From NCBI GenBank assembly GCA_030612365.1, contig JAUWOA010000003.1:1-56239 (forward strand): a stretch of 56,239 bases of DNA. The letters are read 5' to 3'. The notes beneath the pieces were generated by a model. The model was given only the letters and a program-made list of their open reading frames with translations. It had not been told where the DNA came from and made no database searches. The stretch comes from Candidatus Thorarchaeota archaeon. Lineage in GTDB: Archaea; Asgardarchaeota; Thorarchaeia; Thorarchaeales; Thorarchaeaceae. The position numbers and the translations under genes are program-made. This document shows, one piece after another, positions 36,221-45,928 of this stretch (positions are counted from its first letter, which is position 1; every line of letters starts with the position of its first letter).

Positions 36221-38011
36221 GTGGGTGAGTCGCGATTGAGCGAGCACAAAACTGTAAACATTGACTTAGAAGAAAGCGAAAACATCACACTAGGCGGAAA
36301 AAGTGGCCTTGACCATATAGACGTTTCAGGCGTTCTAAAAGTGACCAACCCATCGGATCGATGTAGGATATGGAACGTCAAGGTCCACCTAGGTGAAACT
36401 GGCAAAGGCACTGGCCTTCGGAAGAAAACGCTTCCTGGGGGAGAGATTGATGCTGATGGAAAGTGGGAAACATACTACACGATTGGTGTAAAAGATCCAC
36501 TCCTCACACTCACTGAGGTTTATGACACGTGTAGTAGTGTTGAAGCTGAAGAGCCTCAATGGGCCTATGTCTTTGACACGGATAATCCAATCAAGATAAC
36601 AATCCAGTTGAAGAATAACTCAGGCGGACAGATTGACAATATTTTATTGAACAAGACTATTCCTCCAGAGCTCTCCGACATCACCATCGAGAGCGTGTCA
36701 TCAGGAGTGGCTGAGTTTGATGAGGGTACCAGTCAGGTTGTGTGGAAGGACTTCATGATCTACCCTGAGGAAAGCTCCACTCTGGTTGTGACTGCGATTG
36801 GCAAGGTTGATGACGTCAAGTCTAAAGTAGCCGGTGAAATAGTTGTAACCTATAGAGCCGAGGAACAGCAGCGCTCGGGAATAGATCCGGATTTGACCGC
36901 ATTGACAGAATTCCTCACAGGAATCGAGAACGCCGAAACCGAGCCAAATCACTGGGAATGCACACTAGAGTGTTCCAATGAAAGTGATTTAATGATACGA
37001 CTTGACAAGGCAGCAGTGTTCTTAGTTCCAGAGGGTGGTGGTAAGAAAGAGCTAAAGATAGACGAGAACCCTGCGTTTGAGATGGCGCCCGGTCAAGATT
37101 GGAGCGCAAAGTTTGACATTGAGAGCAAGTCGCCGCCGAAATGCAGCCAAGATGTCATCTATACCCCCATGAAAATTGTCACAAAAAGGGTGCTAGGAAC
37201 GGTCGAGAAGACTGCACAGATTATCCCAGTAGCACGAATTGAATACACGAAAGTCTTCGAACCCTCTGCCGTAGACAGCTTTGATAAAACGCCCGTTGAG
37301 GTCACAATTGAAATCACCAACAATGGCTCTGCAAAACTGAACGAGATTCTTGTGGTGGATAATCTTCCTGATGATGTAATGCCTCCTCTAAAGGAGCATA
37401 TCTCTGCCTGGATTCGTGGGAAGGAGTACACTGGCAAGCTTGAGTTTACCAAAGAACCGAATAACCAAGACCCAGAAACCGCACATAAGCTCACATTTGG
37501 GATAAGTAATCTCAAGGATTCCGTAGGAGAACTTGCCCCTGGCGAGAGCGTGAAGATCAACTATGCCATAATGGCATGGAAGAGTAGGCCTGAGAAAGAG
37601 TATCCCAGTCCAATACTATGCTCTGCCAATACGCACCCCGCAGGACTAATGGCCACAGTAGCTAGTGAAGACCACAAGCTGGATATCATATACAAGAAGA
37701 GGAGTATCTCAACGAAGAAGGCGATAAACAAGGGTGCGGACGCCGGGGAGTATGTTGTTGTGCTCGTTGTTGAGAATCGAGGCGAGGTGACTGCGGAGAA
37801 CGTGGTCGTAACGGATTGGATACCAGCTGGATTTGAATATGTGTCAGTGGACCCTGAGGAACTAGTACCCAGAGTAAAACCAGCCCGCAAAGGCAGCAAT
37901 GTCACGTGGACCTTCACCCGGATGAACCCGGGCGAAAAGAAGAGAATCAGATTATCTGTAAGCGGTGAAGGCGAATATGAACGCCGTGAACCCCAAGTGA
38001 CATCTGATTAA
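36221..38011 (+). CDS. Cytoplasmic mu-homology-domain (adaptor medium subunit-like) protein with extra Ig-like/DUF11 repeats
   Basis: VNIDLEESENITL...DVSG, SGVAEFDEGTSQVVW and IVVTYRAEEQQRSGI match AP-mu/delta-COP MHD spacing; two or three more beta-sandwich repeats; no signal peptide or TM. Confidence 0.65.
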   Translation: MGESRLSEHKTVNIDLEESENITLGGKSGLDHIDVSGVLKVTNPSDRCRIWNVKVHLGETGKGTGLRKKTLPGGEIDADGKWETYYTIGVKDPLLTLTEVYDTCSSVEAEEPQWAYVFDTDNPIKITIQLKNNSGGQIDNILLNKTIPPELSDITIESVSSGVAEFDEGTSQVVWKDFMIYPEESSTLVVTAIGKVDDVKSKVAGEIVVTYRAEEQQRSGIDPDLTALTEFLTGIENAETEPNHWECTLECSNESDLMIRLDKAAVFLVPEGGGKKELKIDENPAFEMAPGQDWSAKFDIESKSPPKCSQDVIYTPMKIVTKRVLGTVEKTAQIIPVARIEYTKVFEPSAVDSFDKTPVEVTIEITNNGSAKLNEILVVDNLPDDVMPPLKEHISAWIRGKEYTGKLEFTKEPNNQDPETAHKLTFGISNLKDSVGELAPGESVKINYAIMAWKSRPEKEYPSPILCSANTHPAGLMATVASEDHKLDIIYKKRSISTKKAINKGADAGEYVVVLVVENRGEVTAENVVVTDWIPAGFEYVSVDPEELVPRVKPARKGSNVTWTFTRMNPGEKKRIRLSVSGEGEYERREPQVTSD

Positions 38012-38033
38012 TCAATCACGTGCATCCTATCAA

Positions 38034-38061
38034 CAGGTTGGGGGTCGGATTCCCCCACCTG
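38034..38061. terminator. GC hairpin between convergent genes
   Basis: CAGGTTGGGGG-TCGGATT-CCCCCACCTG with a one-base bulge. Confidence 0.5.
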
Positions 38062-38077
38062 CCTTTCAAGTCTACGT

Positions 38078-38434
38078 CTATCCGCGGCTATTCTCAAAAT
38101 CGCGAATTTCCTTTCGTGTTGAGTCCAGAAACTCATCAATGTCCTGCAATAGTGTATGATCTACATCTTCTGCGCGTTGCGTATCAAGCGTATACAGAAC
38201 CTTGAATCCCTTCAGTGTTGCATGGATGGCGTTCGAAATTTCAAGGATTGCACTACTCAAATCTCGGTTATCCATTTCGTCTTTTCCATGCTCATACACA
38301 AAGTCGTAAGCACCTCTCACAGCCTTGAAGCCAAGTTCAAGCAGCTTTTGCAAAACCAAAGAGGGAGATGCACCTTCACTATAGAACCAAACTGAAACAC
38401 GTGTCACATAGCGTGTCATGACCAAGAACCCCAA
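38078..38434 (-). CDS. Conserved archaeal hypothetical protein
   Basis: SEGASPSLV...LGFKAVRGAYDFVY pattern; co-oriented 36 nt after raSEA. Confidence 0.6.
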   Translation of the reverse strand: MGFLVMTRYVTRVSVWFYSEGASPSLVLQKLLELGFKAVRGAYDFVYEHGKDEMDNRDLSSAILEISNAIHATLKGFKVLYTLDTQRAEDVDHTLLQDIDEFLDSTRKEIRDFENSRG

Positions 38435-38469
38435 GCTTTCGGAACGAAGCCATTGTCATTCGGTTTGCT

Positions 38470-39582
38470 TTAAGCCTTTCCGACTGAATTCCTGCGACTG
38501 CGTGAGTGGATGAGCAAAGAGATATCCTCGTGATCGAGTACATGATGCCACTGACGCTTGCAGTCACAATCCAGTGAGTCAAACACAGAAACGTCTTGAT
38601 GAATTGAGAACTCTCGGATAGCGCTTGTTATGGATTCGTCACAAAGACCACAATTGTGTGCGCCGCGAGGCTTCCCTGCGGCAACTGGATCACAGAGGAT
38701 GTTGACCGAGCTTCCTGCTTTGACCCAAGCAGCTCTTAGAACACTCAAGACGGTCCACAACCAAGGAGGGCGGTATTGTTCTTTCCGCCAGAGGCGCTCA
38801 ACAAGCGTGTATTTCTGGATATTAATGGGATTCATAGAAACTGTTGATACGCCCAAGCTGGCGGCGTCTTCAATGGTTTTGACGGCATCTAGGAGTGCGT
38901 CCCTCTCCGTCAGAAAGGGAGGCTTCAAGAGAACATAGGCGCGCACTCCAATATCGTATTCCTTGGCGGTTGCTACTGAGTCCTTGAAGGTGCCAAGGCT
39001 AAATCCCTTATTGATACAGATTGACCGAACAGCATCATTTGAGCTCTCAAGACCAATCCCAAGTTCTACTTCACGAGACCCCAAGATGTCACGCGTTTCA
39101 CGCATAGACTCGGGCGTCACATATTCAGGTCGTGACTCAATGACAACTTCTTGAATTCGCTCGTCCTTTGCAATTCGTGCGAGTATCTTATCCCGAACAT
39201 CAGCTGGTATCTCGGTAGTGTCGAAGAAGCTCCCGCTCGTATAGATCTTTACAGAAAGAGGCGTCGATTCATTAGCCAAATCCAAGAGAGCATCATCAAA
39301 CTGCTGTAGCAGTTCATCAGTTGTCGGACTGCGTTCATCGCCATCTAGCAGGTAGCTGCACATCGTGCAACCCCCTGAGTCACCGCGGGCATGAGAACAT
39401 CCAACCGTCCCCAATACGACTGCCAGTGCCATGCCAACCTCGTTCCCAATTCTTGCAGGTGCAATCCATTTGGCTGAGGGTTTCTTGGGGTTTCGTCTGC
39501 GTCGCTTTGTCACTGAAGTGCCACGAGCTTTGATTGTTGAATCTACAATGATGGATTCAAGCTGGTCAATGATATCGCTCAT
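38470..39582 (-). CDS. raSEA: Archaeosine biosynthesis radical SAM enzyme RaSEA
   Basis: GCSH...GGCTMCSY, KIYTSGSFFD, ESRPEYV, IGLES, LLKPPFLTE, YRPPWLW and GAHNCG; next to arcS. Confidence 0.9.
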   Translation of the reverse strand: MSDIIDQLESIIVDSTIKARGTSVTKRRRRNPKKPSAKWIAPARIGNEVGMALAVVLGTVGCSHARGDSGGCTMCSYLLDGDERSPTTDELLQQFDDALLDLANESTPLSVKIYTSGSFFDTTEIPADVRDKILARIAKDERIQEVVIESRPEYVTPESMRETRDILGSREVELGIGLESSNDAVRSICINKGFSLGTFKDSVATAKEYDIGVRAYVLLKPPFLTERDALLDAVKTIEDAASLGVSTVSMNPINIQKYTLVERLWRKEQYRPPWLWTVLSVLRAAWVKAGSSVNILCDPVAAGKPRGAHNCGLCDESITSAIREFSIHQDVSVFDSLDCDCKRQWHHVLDHEDISLLIHSRSRRNSVGKA

Positions 39583-39588
39583 TTCGTG

Positions 39589-41478
39589 TCACTTCACCTT
39601 GTGCCGCACTGAAACTGCTTGGCCTTTCTTGAAAACGCACATCTCACGCCCAGACATCTCGCTCCGACCCACAGCAATGACCTCGTCTTGGTTGTTCAAC
39701 ACAATTACCTCATCGCCAGGACGTATCCCGGAATCGGCCTCGTTGATTCCTACTGCGAAGACAGAGCCGCCCTCCAGTTTGCGCCCCTCAAATCGCACCC
39801 AGTAGCGGTGAAGTGGAATCAGCCGGCGTCCGCCATCAAGCGTAAGCGAAAGGGAGCCACTGTCACCGATGAATGCACATGTCTGTTCCTTGTCGACTCT
39901 GCACACAACCATTCTGTATAGCTTTCCTCCAAGTTTGGCTCCATCAGGCACAAGTGCTTCGCCAGCCCCTTGCCCGAATTGGTAGTCTGCAGTAGCACGC
40001 AGGGTGTCTTCGAAGAGGGCGGGGGGACCGCCTTTCAAGGAGAGAACTTCACGCATATCTTCCAGCACATTCTGCAGTGACTGTAGAGAATCGAAACTCG
40101 AAGGTGAGTGCTGATCGGTCGTGTACACAATGGTTTGATTTACACGATCCTCTGCACTCTTCACAACATCGAGATAGCCACCCGAAACGTGTGCCACAAC
40201 CACAACAGGCTCGGTAAACTTCTGGAGATGTGTCACAAGAGCATCAGCTGCAATTTCGGTTTCCTCGGTATCCCAGTCCCCAGTCACTGGAATATCATAA
40301 TACGCAGCAGGATACAGCCGCTCTAATTCTCTTGGAATCACTCCCAGAGGAGAGGTCAAAATAACTTCGGCCACTGAAGAACGTGTAGTCCCAATTGAGT
40401 GCTCTATTGCCTTAATGAAGCGCTGATGAGACTTGGATTCTGAATATGGCTTTCGAGCAGAACACGGGAGGAGTACAATGAGTTTCTTATGCTCAGGAGG
40501 CGTGTATCTGGATGCTAGGCAATCCCGGAAGCGTTTCACTGTGGGTGAATTATAGGATTCGGGACCTATCAGGGACAGGTTGGTTTGACCCGATGTCGGC
40601 GTGAACTCTTCAAGAAAAGCGAATAGCGACCTGTCTAACATTCTCAGCAGAGACGTTGCAGCGGTGCTTGAATGTACCATTGATTCAACGAGCCATCTCA
40701 ACCGTCCTAAACGCAAGGATTGGAGGCTCTCGGATAAAATGGATTGGTAGGTGTTCAGATTGTGACGCAACAACACTGCATAAAGCTCATCTCTGCTTAG
40801 TTTTCGAAGGTCTCCATAATCTGCACACGCGACGCACGAACAAGTCCTTGGAAGAATCCTGCCTGTGACTGATTCCTCCGAGAGAGTCCAAAGACGTACC
40901 CCTCTCGAGGCCGCTTCAATTGCATATCCCAGATCAAACACATCAAAGCCCAAATAGAAGAGGAAGGGGACCGAAGAGGGGGAGATTCTACCAAGTGCAA
41001 TGGCTAACCAGTCGATTGGTAGCATTGTCCGCTTGCTAAGCGCGCTGTAGTCATGTGGTCCAAGCCACCCATCGAAAGTTACAGATGCAGCCCTGACCCC
41101 TAAGGAAGAGAATTTTGTCAGTATTGATGCAAGTTTCTCAGAATCAAATTGCTGGGGGATTCTAGCAATCAAGCGAGAAGGTTCTACCTTGCCTTGAACT
41201 TCATCTATGAAACGTAGCTGATTTTCTAGCACTATCTCAGCTGCTTCCGCGCCGAGAAACGAAACAGCAGGGAACGAGGGTAAGAGGAGCGAATCATCTT
41301 CGCGAACGCCTGACATGAGTGACTTCGAATCATGAATTGGCGAGGGAACGGCAAGGATCGTGGGTCCATCTACGGGGTTATCGTTTCTGCCAAGAGTTGC
41401 ATATCCCATGATGGATTCGGTGTTAGGGGGACCAACCAAAAACGGAGTCTGAACCTTTGTGGAACCCATCTTGTACAC
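39589..41478 (-). CDS. arcS: Archaeosine synthase ArcS (TGT-like, DUF5591 and PUA domains)
   Basis: CSCVAC, HN motif, LLPCSARKPYSESKSH, TSPLGVIPRELE, YPAAYYDIPVTGDW, ADYQFG and C-terminal PUA (IRPGDEV). Confidence 0.9.
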   Translation of the reverse strand: MYKMGSTKVQTPFLVGPPNTESIMGYATLGRNDNPVDGPTILAVPSPIHDSKSLMSGVREDDSLLLPSFPAVSFLGAEAAEIVLENQLRFIDEVQGKVEPSRLIARIPQQFDSEKLASILTKFSSLGVRAASVTFDGWLGPHDYSALSKRTMLPIDWLAIALGRISPSSVPFLFYLGFDVFDLGYAIEAASRGVRLWTLSEESVTGRILPRTCSCVACADYGDLRKLSRDELYAVLLRHNLNTYQSILSESLQSLRLGRLRWLVESMVHSSTAATSLLRMLDRSLFAFLEEFTPTSGQTNLSLIGPESYNSPTVKRFRDCLASRYTPPEHKKLIVLLPCSARKPYSESKSHQRFIKAIEHSIGTTRSSVAEVILTSPLGVIPRELERLYPAAYYDIPVTGDWDTEETEIAADALVTHLQKFTEPVVVVAHVSGGYLDVVKSAEDRVNQTIVYTTDQHSPSSFDSLQSLQNVLEDMREVLSLKGGPPALFEDTLRATADYQFGQGAGEALVPDGAKLGGKLYRMVVCRVDKEQTCAFIGDSGSLSLTLDGGRRLIPLHRYWVRFEGRKLEGGSVFAVGINEADSGIRPGDEVIVLNNQDEVIAVGRSEMSGREMCVFKKGQAVSVRHKVK

Positions 41479-41547
41479 GCCAACTCTTGCGGGCCCATCA
41501 TGACCGCGTCCAATGAGAAACTCTGTTATGCTCTCTCACCTCTCAGA

Positions 41548-44271
41548 CTACACAACTGGCTGGTAACTAGTGTATCCCTTCGTATCCACACTGGTTTCAA
41601 TCTTCTCAAGGATTTGCTTCACACTCTCAAGGGCACCTGCTTTGAATAATGGTCGGTTGTTGTTACCACATTGATATGAGTACGTGCATTGAGGACAGCC
41701 ATCCACAGTCCTGCAATCGCACGTTTCCAAGATGGTTTCTGTCCTTCTAAAGGCTTCATCCAATCTTGAGAAAAGCAACTTGGATGCACCAGTTCCTCCT
41801 GGGCTTCCATCGTAAACAAAGATTATCCCGGAGTCCCCCATCGAAACACCTCCAATCTCGCGGGTGCTCCCGCCCGTTAGCATATCACTGGACTCGATCA
41901 CGACATGCTCCAACGCATGGAATGCGCCCCCATAGAGCTGGGCTGGATCCAGCCTTGGACCCTTAGAATCCTTCATCGTACCTTCAATGTATTCGTTTGC
42001 GGTTTTCGTTGGCTTGGGGGCTGTAAATGCAAAGCCTCGCGTGATATACTTGTAGACGATCGATTCAGGCAAATCAAAGCTTCCGATGCTTCTTCCAGTC
42101 CGTGTTTCCTTCTTGACATATCCATAGACAGTCTGGGTCATCTCAAGACTGCAATACACGGCGTTGAGTCCCAGAATCTTTCGTTCTTCAATTACACTTA
42201 GGATTTCGGGCATAAATGAATACAATGGGCGAGTGTAGTATGTCCGGTCTTGCATGGAAGCGACTGTGGCTCTCCCGAAGCCCGGAACATATTTGAAGTC
42301 AACAGAAAGGAAGTTCTTCCCACCGTGAAGGTAGATTGCTCCAGGATGTAGACTCTGAGCGGCCATGGGCATGGATCGATCCCCAAGCGTTTTCTTCCCC
42401 AGCTTAATCTGAACAGTATCGCCAATACCTCGGATACTGTAGCCCCTCCAAGCCTTTCGTGCCTTCTCCGAATCGACTACTCCAACACTGCCTTTTTCAC
42501 TGATATGTAGTAAGCCATCCCGCTCAAGGGTTTCCATGATTTTGAGTTGTTGCGGGAAATGCGATGTGTTTAACTTACCACTCATGGCTGCAGCGATAAG
42601 CTGGTAGTATCCAACTATTTCATTCCCAGGTTCCATGTAAGCAGAATCAACATCTGTGAAATACTTCTCGGGCTGATTCCTGTAGTAGGATGATATCGGG
42701 TCATTCTCCCGTAGGGCAAGTATCGCTACACTCTCCTGACCCATTCTTCCTGCACGACCTATGCGCTGTGTGAGTCGTGTAATTGAAGTTATCATACTGA
42801 CCACACTGTCAAGGTGACCGATATCCACCCCTAGCTCCAAAGTTGGTGTGGAAACTAGAACAGGTAATCTGCCAGCTTTGAATTCAGTTTCCACTTGGCT
42901 GCGATACTTCTTAGTAAGCCCTGCCCTGTGGACCATCGACTTGATTCCGAGGTCATTGATGAGTATGTTTAGAACCTCAGCCTCGGAATGCGTGTTACCA
43001 AAGACCAGAGTCTTGAACCCGCCGCTCTGCAGGGTTCGCACAATACCCGCAATCATACTGTATTTGCTGCGTTCCCCCGGGTAGTACATCATGAAATGGA
43101 TTGGCCCACGTTTGGCGGTAGCTGACTCCACAAGGTGCACATCCCCGTCGAAGACTTGTTCAGCGAACTCCTTCGGGTTCGCGATTGTAGCAGAGGCACC
43201 TATCTTTTGGAACTGGCCTGCTTCCAGCTCAAGTCGTTTCAAGATATAGTAAACATTGGCGCCCATCGATCCTGTGTAAAGATGAATCTCGTCAAGAACC
43301 ACGTATTTCACTGTGTGGAGCAAAGGCACCAACCTAGAACGATCCCATCCAAGATGATAGTGAAGTATGTCAGGGTTCGTGAGTAATATGTCTGGAGGGC
43401 GCTCGTATATCCGACTCCGCCGAGATTGTGAAACGTCCCCATCGAATACAGCCACAGTTAACCCCGAAGCTTCGCATACCCCCTTGATCTTGCTGTACTG
43501 GTCTTTTGCCAGTGCTTTTGTTGGGTATAACAGCAAAGCCCGAACACCCGGACTCATGAAGGCCTCTTGCACTGTGATAACAAGACTCCTCACGATAGGC
43601 AAAATGAAAGCCTCGGTCTTCCCCTGTGCTGTAGGAGCGGAAATGACTACATCATTACCCTTCAAGATTGAATTGTACACTTCTTCTTGAAAGCGATATA
43701 GCTGCTTGATTCCCTTTGCTTGAAGGTGCTCTTTGAGCCGGGTCGGTATCTTGAGACTGTCTACTTGACAACCGTACTCCGCATCGCTTTGTGGCATATA
43801 GCGATAAGTGACAAGGTAATCGTTCCCAATGGTGACCAAAGCACGAACTTCATCCTTGAGAGTTTCGAGATTGGAGCCTCCATCTTCTACAAGCTTTTGA
43901 ATCTCCGTCCGTGATTGGACAGGAGCACGACTTGGCAGGGACTTGCGTGTTGCACGAGGCCGACCATCTGTTATGCTGTCAGGCGTTGTGGATGTACGTG
44001 GAGATCCTTTCGACTCCCCTGCGGAAATGCGTCCGGTCCGGATTGCTTTCGTGTATGCCTCGTATGCATCGAACAGATCCTTGTTCCTGCCATCAACAAG
44101 TATCTCTGCATCGCAGGAGTAGCACCGCACTGTCCAGATGTGACCTCCCTTCCTGATGTCTAGTGTGGAGCCACACTTTGGGCAATGAAGAACGGGCACT
44201 GACTTAACCACCTGGAATACAGACCCCGTCTGATTTCCTCTTATCAAACTTTGGCACTGAATGCAATTCAC
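41548..44271 (-). CDS. SF2 DEAH helicase with DUF1998 (Hrq1/MrfA-like) and N-terminal Zn ribbon
   Basis: APTAQGKT, YPTKALAKDQ, DEIH, SAT, TPTLELGVDIG, QRIGRAGR; C-terminal HALEH, YDGSPGGTG and CDC...GCPQC...QCGNNN. Confidence 0.92.
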   Translation of the reverse strand: MNCIQCQSLIRGNQTGSVFQVVKSVPVLHCPKCGSTLDIRKGGHIWTVRCYSCDAEILVDGRNKDLFDAYEAYTKAIRTGRISAGESKGSPRTSTTPDSITDGRPRATRKSLPSRAPVQSRTEIQKLVEDGGSNLETLKDEVRALVTIGNDYLVTYRYMPQSDAEYGCQVDSLKIPTRLKEHLQAKGIKQLYRFQEEVYNSILKGNDVVISAPTAQGKTEAFILPIVRSLVITVQEAFMSPGVRALLLYPTKALAKDQYSKIKGVCEASGLTVAVFDGDVSQSRRSRIYERPPDILLTNPDILHYHLGWDRSRLVPLLHTVKYVVLDEIHLYTGSMGANVYYILKRLELEAGQFQKIGASATIANPKEFAEQVFDGDVHLVESATAKRGPIHFMMYYPGERSKYSMIAGIVRTLQSGGFKTLVFGNTHSEAEVLNILINDLGIKSMVHRAGLTKKYRSQVETEFKAGRLPVLVSTPTLELGVDIGHLDSVVSMITSITRLTQRIGRAGRMGQESVAILALRENDPISSYYRNQPEKYFTDVDSAYMEPGNEIVGYYQLIAAAMSGKLNTSHFPQQLKIMETLERDGLLHISEKGSVGVVDSEKARKAWRGYSIRGIGDTVQIKLGKKTLGDRSMPMAAQSLHPGAIYLHGGKNFLSVDFKYVPGFGRATVASMQDRTYYTRPLYSFMPEILSVIEERKILGLNAVYCSLEMTQTVYGYVKKETRTGRSIGSFDLPESIVYKYITRGFAFTAPKPTKTANEYIEGTMKDSKGPRLDPAQLYGGAFHALEHVVIESSDMLTGGSTREIGGVSMGDSGIIFVYDGSPGGTGASKLLFSRLDEAFRRTETILETCDCRTVDGCPQCTYSYQCGNNNRPLFKAGALESVKQILEKIETSVDTKGYTSYQPVV

Positions 44272-44364
44272 AGTCTCAAGTCGGCGTCACAATGGTTAAC
44301 CTTATATGCGGTTGTGTAATCAGCATGCACAACCGACCCGCAGTGGTCAGGAAGATGATTAGTA

Positions 44365-44724
44365 ATGGTTGAAGATGTTAACTCCAACGAATTGGCACAA
44401 TTGATAGGCGATAACAAGGTAGTCTTTGTTGATTGTCACGCAGTTTGGTGTCAGCCCTGCAAAATCCTTGGTCCCATCTTGGAAGAGCTCGATGAGAAGT
44501 TTCAAGACAAGGGTCTGAAAGTCGTCAAGATCGATGTGGATCAAAACAGGGAATTCAGTGCAGAAAATCAGATTTCAGGAGTTCCTAGTGTACTTGTATA
44601 CAGCGAAGGCAAACGTGTGGTGTTTGACGACGGCAGCGGACGAAAGATGGACAAACTCGTAGGTGTAATGCCGCACGAGGTCTACGACCAGATTGCTGAG
44701 AATCTTCTAGCCGAAGCGGCATAG
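44365..44724 (+). CDS. trxA: Thioredoxin
   Basis: WCQPC active site, KIDVDQN and cis-Pro loop GVPS. Confidence 0.92.
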   Translation: MVEDVNSNELAQLIGDNKVVFVDCHAVWCQPCKILGPILEELDEKFQDKGLKVVKIDVDQNREFSAENQISGVPSVLVYSEGKRVVFDDGSGRKMDKLVGVMPHEVYDQIAENLLAEAA

Positions 44725-44734
44725 GTGAATATCA

Positions 44735-44806
44735 GAGTCCCCCCCGAATCTCACTCTCTCTCACTACTCTCTCTCTCACTTCGGGGGGTACTCCTCCTTC
44801 TTTTTC
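44735..44806 (+). terminator. Long-loop hairpin plus T-tract between the thioredoxin genes
   Basis: GAGTCCCCCCCGAA / TTCGGGGGGTACTC 14-bp stem with one mismatch, 31-nt CT-rich loop, then CTCCTTCTTTTT. Confidence 0.55.
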
Positions 44807-44885
44807 GAACAGCCCTCAACCCACTGGGGACTAGGAACATTATTAGGTGCTTCAATTTCCGGACATCGAAACGGAGTGAACTTCA

Positions 44886-45248
44886 TTGGTGAATGATGTT
44901 ACCCCAGATGTTATCGAGAAAACAATCAATGAAACCAAGCTCCTGTTTGTAGACTGTTGGGCGCCTTGGTGCAAACCTTGCCTAGCATTGGGGCCGATAT
45001 TGGATGAGATTGATCAGAAATATGCTGACAATCCAGATGTTCGATTCTTAAAGATCAATACACAGATTCATCATGAGTTCGCTGCTAAGCAAAACCTCTA
45101 CGCCATACCCTGTGTACTCGTCTACTTTAATGGAGAACCAGCCAAGTTTGAGCTTCTTCGTGGTAATAAGAAAGAGGTTACAGATCGTCTGATAGGTACT
45201 AGGCCAGCAGAGCATTACGAGAACGTGATTAGGCAGCTCATGGAATAG
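44886..45248 (+). CDS. trxA: Thioredoxin (tandem paralog)
   Basis: VDCWAPWCKPC active site and AIPC cis-Pro loop. Confidence 0.92.
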   Translation: MVNDVTPDVIEKTINETKLLFVDCWAPWCKPCLALGPILDEIDQKYADNPDVRFLKINTQIHHEFAAKQNLYAIPCVLVYFNGEPAKFELLRGNKKEVTDRLIGTRPAEHYENVIRQLME

Positions 45249-45312
45249 GCTCCGTTCCAACTCCATTGTTTTATTAGAGAAGACAGCCGGTTCTAAGCTA
45301 ACGCATAGCGAG

Positions 45313-45846
45313 GTGACAGACTTACCGATTCTTCCTTTTGGCGATAAGACTCCGAAAATCGATACGAAAGCTTACGTAAGCCCGCAGGCGACCATTGTGG
45401 GCGATGTTGAGATTGGTGCGCAAGCAAGCATATGGCCAGGTGCAGTAATACGCGGCGACCAAGCTTCAGTCAGAATTGGAGAGAGCTCCTGCATTCAGGA
45501 TAGTGTGGTAATACATGCACACACCGAGGATAATCCAGCCATCATTGGCAATCTCACGGTTGTAGGCACAGCATCAGTTTTGCATGGAGTCTACATCGGC
45601 GACATGGCAAGCATAGGTGAAGGGTGTGTCATCTTTGATGGCGCAACACTCGGAGAAGGCGTAAGACTTGCACCCGGCAGCATTGTGCCGGCAAACGTGG
45701 TTATTCCTCCCAGGAGTGCGAACTCCGGAGCCCCGGCAGCCCAGATTCGCGACTTGTCCAGAGATGAAGTTGAAAAGCAATCAGCAAGGGCAGAAACAAT
45801 TGCTCAAGTATTCCAGAAACTGCGAGTATGGCAGCAACTCGTTTAG
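45313..45846 (+). CDS. Gamma-carbonic-anhydrase-like hexapeptide repeat protein (YrdA/PaaY-like)
   Basis: IVGDVEIG, IWPGAVIRGD, IQDSVVIH and LHG; one Zn-ligand His appears replaced by Thr. Confidence 0.88.
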   Translation: MTDLPILPFGDKTPKIDTKAYVSPQATIVGDVEIGAQASIWPGAVIRGDQASVRIGESSCIQDSVVIHAHTEDNPAIIGNLTVVGTASVLHGVYIGDMASIGEGCVIFDGATLGEGVRLAPGSIVPANVVIPPRSANSGAPAAQIRDLSRDEVEKQSARAETIAQVFQKLRVWQQLV

Positions 45847-45928
45847 AATACATGGTTTCTCGCGATGACCCTTGGCCCAAAGCAACGGATGTAGTTTGCA
45901 TCGTCTCAACAAAGCAGAAAAAAGGCTA

